From contig OZ024746.1 of the NCBI GenBank assembly GCA_964016885.1, positions 35,402,001 through 35,466,000 of the forward strand: 64,000 nucleotides of DNA, read 5' to 3'. Under the pieces are notes generated by a model, which saw nothing but the letters and a program-made list of their open reading frames with translations, had not been told where the DNA came from and made no database searches. Numbering within the stretch: the stretch's first letter is position 1; every line of letters starts with the position of its first letter. The position numbers were made by a program, and so were the translations under genes. Shown piece by piece: positions 62,595 through 64,000 of this stretch. Source of the DNA: Eledone cirrhosa. Lineage: Eukaryota.

Positions 62595-62761
62595 TATATA
62601 CAAATGTATATAAATATATACAAATGTATATAAATATATACAAATATATATATATATATATATATGCATATATATATATATATATAACGAAGGAAGTTTG
62701 GTAAGGAACCAGATGGACCATAACGCACTAGAGTACTCAATAATTAGGTGTCTTGAACATT

Positions 62762-62842
<81 letters not shown>

Positions 62843-62858
62843 TTACATATATATATAT

Positions 62859-62895
<37 letters not shown>

Positions 62896-62909
62896 TCGTT
62901 TCTGAATTT

Positions 62910-63411
62910 GAAAAGACGCAATGTTTAAATAATTCACAGAGGCAATAAACATAAATGAATTCCAACTAAAATTAAATAGAAAACATGAATGGAACAGCAA
63001 CATCGCAACATTCAATTACGGACAAAATGAAAACACACACGCACATAGAACAAACGACCAACCGGTAACATGTAAATAAATAAATAAATAAACAAATATA
63101 AACACACACAGACACCCGGATGTAACACATGCGCAAACTAAGAACACAACACACACAAAAACAAGATGGCGTAGGACAGAACAAAGGAGAGGCACACAAA
63201 CAAAGAAAATAATCCCCAGTCACCGAAGAGGTCACATAACGTGTGACGAAAGAACTTTGACAATATATAAACAATCATCTGGTTGTGGAACCAACCAACC
63301 AACCAACCGAAAATTTATTAATTCCTAAATTTATCAATTTATTATAATAAATTGAAGTGATATCAACTGGTACGTGTGTTTCTTATTGGCAACATGACCC
63401 TCCCAAAGTAT

Positions 63412-63416
<5 letters not shown>
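62910..63416 (+). mobile_element. 3' end of the same PLE family as 59361-59865, opposite orientation
   Basis: GAAAAGACGCAATGTTTA...CCCTCCCAAAGTATAACAA matches the reverse complement of 59361-59865; TA flanks. Confidence 0.88.
63219..63261 (+). ncRNA. Hammerhead motif with one core mutation (family F)
   Basis: GTCA-CCGAAGA-G-GTCACA TAACG TGTGAC-GAAA-GAAC-TT-TGAC; more decayed twin at 59517-59559 (minus). Confidence 0.6.
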
Positions 63417-63491
<75 letters not shown>

Positions 63492-63495
<4 letters not shown>

Positions 63496-63757
63496 AATGT
63501 AATCGGAGCTTTTCGAATATTAATAATAACATTCGATTCGTTTTTTTGCAATTGTGCAAACATCCTCAATTTTATAGCCATGTCAGTAGAATGAACACTT
63601 TATTCTCGCTCTTGTGTTCGCATGCCAACACAAGAGCAAGAATGAAGTGTTCATTCTACTGACATGGCTATAAAATTGCAAACGAATCAAATATTATTAT
63701 TAATATTCGAAAAACTCAGATTACATTTATTGTATTCAGCCATGTAGAGCGAAATTT

Positions 63758-63762
<5 letters not shown>
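63492..63762. mobile_element. TA-flanked foldback element (family G)
   Basis: Arms 63492-63619 / 63626-63731 with a deletion in the right arm, short unpaired tail. Confidence 0.8.
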
Positions 63763-63787
<25 letters not shown>

Positions 63788-63809
<22 letters not shown>

Positions 63810-64000
63810 CGAAGGAATTGTGGTAAGGAACCAGATGAACCATAAAGCACCAGAGTACTCAATATTTAGGGTAGTAGAGTGGGAAATAGGAAAAAAGTAT
63901 GATGCTGACGGCAGAGCTCAAGCCGTTTCGACGTATTGGTGTTCATGTTTCGATATATCGTCCAGAAATAGCTGTCGAAACGGCTTGAGCTCTGCCGTCA
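63788..64000. mobile_element. TA-flanked element with inverted repeat, cut by the window end (family H)
   Basis: Start AACGAAGGAA...GAGTACTCAATA shared with 62686-62748; perfect 27-bp inverted repeat 63906-63932 / 63974-64000. Confidence 0.7.

Overview
Eukaryotic, very AT-rich, repeat-saturated DNA with no host gene I can support. An octopus/cephalopod origin is inferred from the SINE sequence. About half of the window (0.65-31.8 kb) is (TA)n-derived micro/minisatellite, split by a 200-N gap; much of the block left of the gap recurs right of it. Nearly all Y/I/M/C-rich ORFs in the track are translations of these repeats. Real content: one inactivated maT (DD37D) Tc1/mariner element with TIRs and TA target site; fragments of at least four kinds of Penelope-like elements (PLEs, RT + GIY-YIG); tRNA-type SINEs, two with clear TSDs; and decayed LINE fragments. 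The main signal is non-coding. At least six unrelated short element families sit in (TA)n tracts as foldback, tandem or head-to-head units. They carry minimal type I hammerhead ribozyme (HHR) motifs that I folded by eye: about 7 with intact cores, plus several decayed. One tandem HHR unit is fused directly to a PLE RT fragment. All structures are manual reads and no activity is shown.
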